Origin: Psammoneis japonica
Taxonomy: Eukaryota
Length of the DNA stretch: 64,000 nucleotides
NCBI GenBank assembly: GCA_008632985.1
Contig: QPGO01000014.1
Location: 572,289 to 636,288 of the forward strand
Reading direction: 5' to 3'
Below the pieces are notes generated by a model that searched no databases, was not told the DNA's origin, and saw nothing but the letters and a program-made list of their open reading frames with translations. Below, piece by piece: positions 61,780-64,000 of this stretch; position 1 is the stretch's first letter; each line of letters begins with the position of its first letter. Both the position numbers and the translations under genes were made by a program.

Positions 61780-64000
61780 CACATTCTCATTGCTCAATGA
61801 ATTTACTGCGGAGCTCGTATGCAGAATTCTGTGGGCCCAATGTCACACGGAGTCCCACCTGGGATTGGAACCCGTCAGGCTTTGTCGCCTGTTGCTTTTC
61901 TGTCGCTTGATGCACCTCCTTTTTGTCACTCCATGACCACAGCTCAGCAAGCTGTTGGTGCTCCCGCTTCATCATGCAATGATTTGAATCAGTTGCTTCA
62001 GAGTTCTCTTGATGGACTGCTCACATGGTCTCCCAAACTCTGCATGGATGGTGTCATGGTTGGCCCTGGAACAAATCCCTCCAAATCAAAGGTTGACCTG
62101 ATGCCCTGCCTGGACAAGAGCAAAACTGGTTCCATTGTCAAGTTTTGCCCTCAGAGACATCCTCCCACCAATGAAAGCCATCTTCTTCTAAAACGTGATG
62201 TGCAAAATGCAGCAGCCGGTGAGTGTTGCAAGTTGGTGACAGACCAAGGTCGCGACATTTTTGAGTGCTGTCGTCACAAAGTTTGCAAGCCAAAGCACTC
62301 CAAATCCAAGCCATTGAAGAATGAAAAAGAGTTTGGGAATGAACTCTTTCCAAACCACCAAACGTCAGGCAATTTGCATCGTCAGTCAATGCACAACAAC
62401 AAGAAGCTCAACCAAGGTCGCCCCGCACAGAGCAACGGCAGGTGCACCACAACAACTCTGCCCATTCACAAAGCGCACTGGTGTTGATTTCACTTCACAA
62501 TCAAGTTCCACAATTTTGGCAATCTGGAAGACGGGTGCTTCCACCTGTTGTGCTGTTGTGGCATCCACACTTGTCACACGCACCCACGCAGTGCGCAGTG
62601 GTGATCATGTGACGCGGTCTCTGTCTCAGTTGTTGGAAGAGACGAAGATGCCAGTTAAGATGGGTGGCATGGCATCCACAGGATCTGGAGTTGTTTGTTG
62701 TTTGATGCATCACATGACCAATGAAACAGTCACCCAATCTCAGGTCCAGCGCCTTCAGTCGAGATTGCAGTCTTCTGTCTCTGCCAGCAAGTCATCCTCC
62801 TCTGACAAGTTGCCAAGGCATTTGCGTGACAGGCGTCAATTGCTGTCCTTCACAGCCTTGCATCACTTGGTTGATTCTCAGTTTGTGAAGCATTGCAAGG
62901 GCCATCCTCCAAAGGGCGGCTGCCATCCCATCTCAGAGATCAGAAAGGATCTCACTGTGAATGTGGAACCCATCATCAATGACTGTGATGCTGACTGCTG
63001 CATTCCTCCTTTGGCCAGCTGGTCTCCTGGTGATGATTGTGATGATGATGACAACTGCATTCCTGCCTTGACCAGCCAGTCCTCTGGTGAAGATTGTGAT
63101 GACAACAGAAATGATGATGCGGAAAACAATCTCCACATGCAAGGCTTCATTGAGTCAGATGTTGCAACCGGCCAAAATCCAAGGTGGTGCATTTTGGTCC
63201 ATTTCAGCCGGGAGCAACAAAGTGTGGTGTTGTGAACCAAGAGACTTCTCAAGCAAAGCCCAGCCAGTGATTGCTCCTCATCACCGCTTGGTGCTTTGAC
63301 TGTGAATGGCGTGAGTTCCTGAGGAATCTGGACATTGTCACTGTTGACGCCACACAGTTGGGTAAAGCCAGGCTGTGACACAAAATTGCAATGTCAAGTT
63401 TCCAAGCATCTGTTTTTTCTCCTTTTTAAAAACTGGAAGTGCTTGCAGCGTTGGGCAAGGCTGCAGCACAGAAAGTTCACGATTGGGTCATCAATCACAT
63501 CAAGCCATGCAAGAACAATTGTCTCTTTCATTTGCATGGTTGTGTGAGGCACCGTGACGAGTGCGCTGGGACTCCCAGCGAAGGCATGAACAAAGCTGTC
63601 AAGAAAAGCGGTGCAGCATCAAGACCCAACATGAACCTTGACACCTCAGCTCAAGCCATGGAGAATCAATCGCAAATGAAGAAATGCGAAACCAAAAGGA
63701 AGAGAGCACAGGACTTGCACACATCAAATTTATGGGCAAAGACTGGCCTTGAAGGCAAGGTCATGAACCTCATGAAGCAACTCATAAAAACACAAGTCCT
63801 GCAGTTTGTCAACTGCCACATTGCCAGGATGGGTCCCTTGGAGTGGTTGTTTCTTTGCAAAGAGGAGGGTGGTGATGCAAGTTCACCCAGGAAATGTGAT
63901 GTTCTTCCATGTTTCCATCATTTACGTCATGTGACCAAGACACCTGATGGTTGTCTCCTTTGTGATTGTGGATGTCATCATCACTGCGGCATTCTGTGTT
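61780..64000 (+). pseudogene. Decayed MULE (Mutator-like) transposase inside the third TpA/CpG-depleted block
   Basis: LLKRDVQNAAAGE, R.TTTTLPI...C.FHFTI, G...H.HP, AWCFD.E.REFLRN.DIVTVDAT (first catalytic Asp region) and SEGMNKAVK resemble diatom MULE transposases. Confidence 0.55.

Overview
Eukaryotic genomic DNA, most likely from a pennate diatom, judged from the short GT-AG introns and diatom-type gene and transposon families. Ordinary gene-rich segments (about 0.6-14.6 kb, 41.3-43.9 kb, 49.2-51.5 kb and 56-60 kb) contain a KNL1/Spc105-like kinetochore gene, a membrane-anchored kinase, a GT8 glycosyltransferase, a small membrane protein, a peroxisomal glycolate/2-hydroxyacid oxidase, a CE4 polysaccharide deacetylase, a secreted Cys-rich probable pseudogene, and two complementary copies of an uncharacterised nuclear-type gene. 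These alternate with three sharply bounded blocks (about 14.6-41.2 kb, 51.5-55.9 kb and 60.9-64 kb) of decayed transposon DNA: Plavaka-type, Copia gag and MULE remnants. The most striking signal is that these blocks have lost almost all TpA and most CpG dinucleotides, both converging on TpG/CpA. Paralogous pairs inside the window (a satellite crossing a block border, and the duplicated gene) show polarised TA->CA/TG substitutions directly. This suggests a repeat/heterochromatin-targeted hypermutation process running opposite to fungal RIP. Three genes also show apparent frameshifts in or near short A-runs, which may be assembly errors, so read-level validation is needed.
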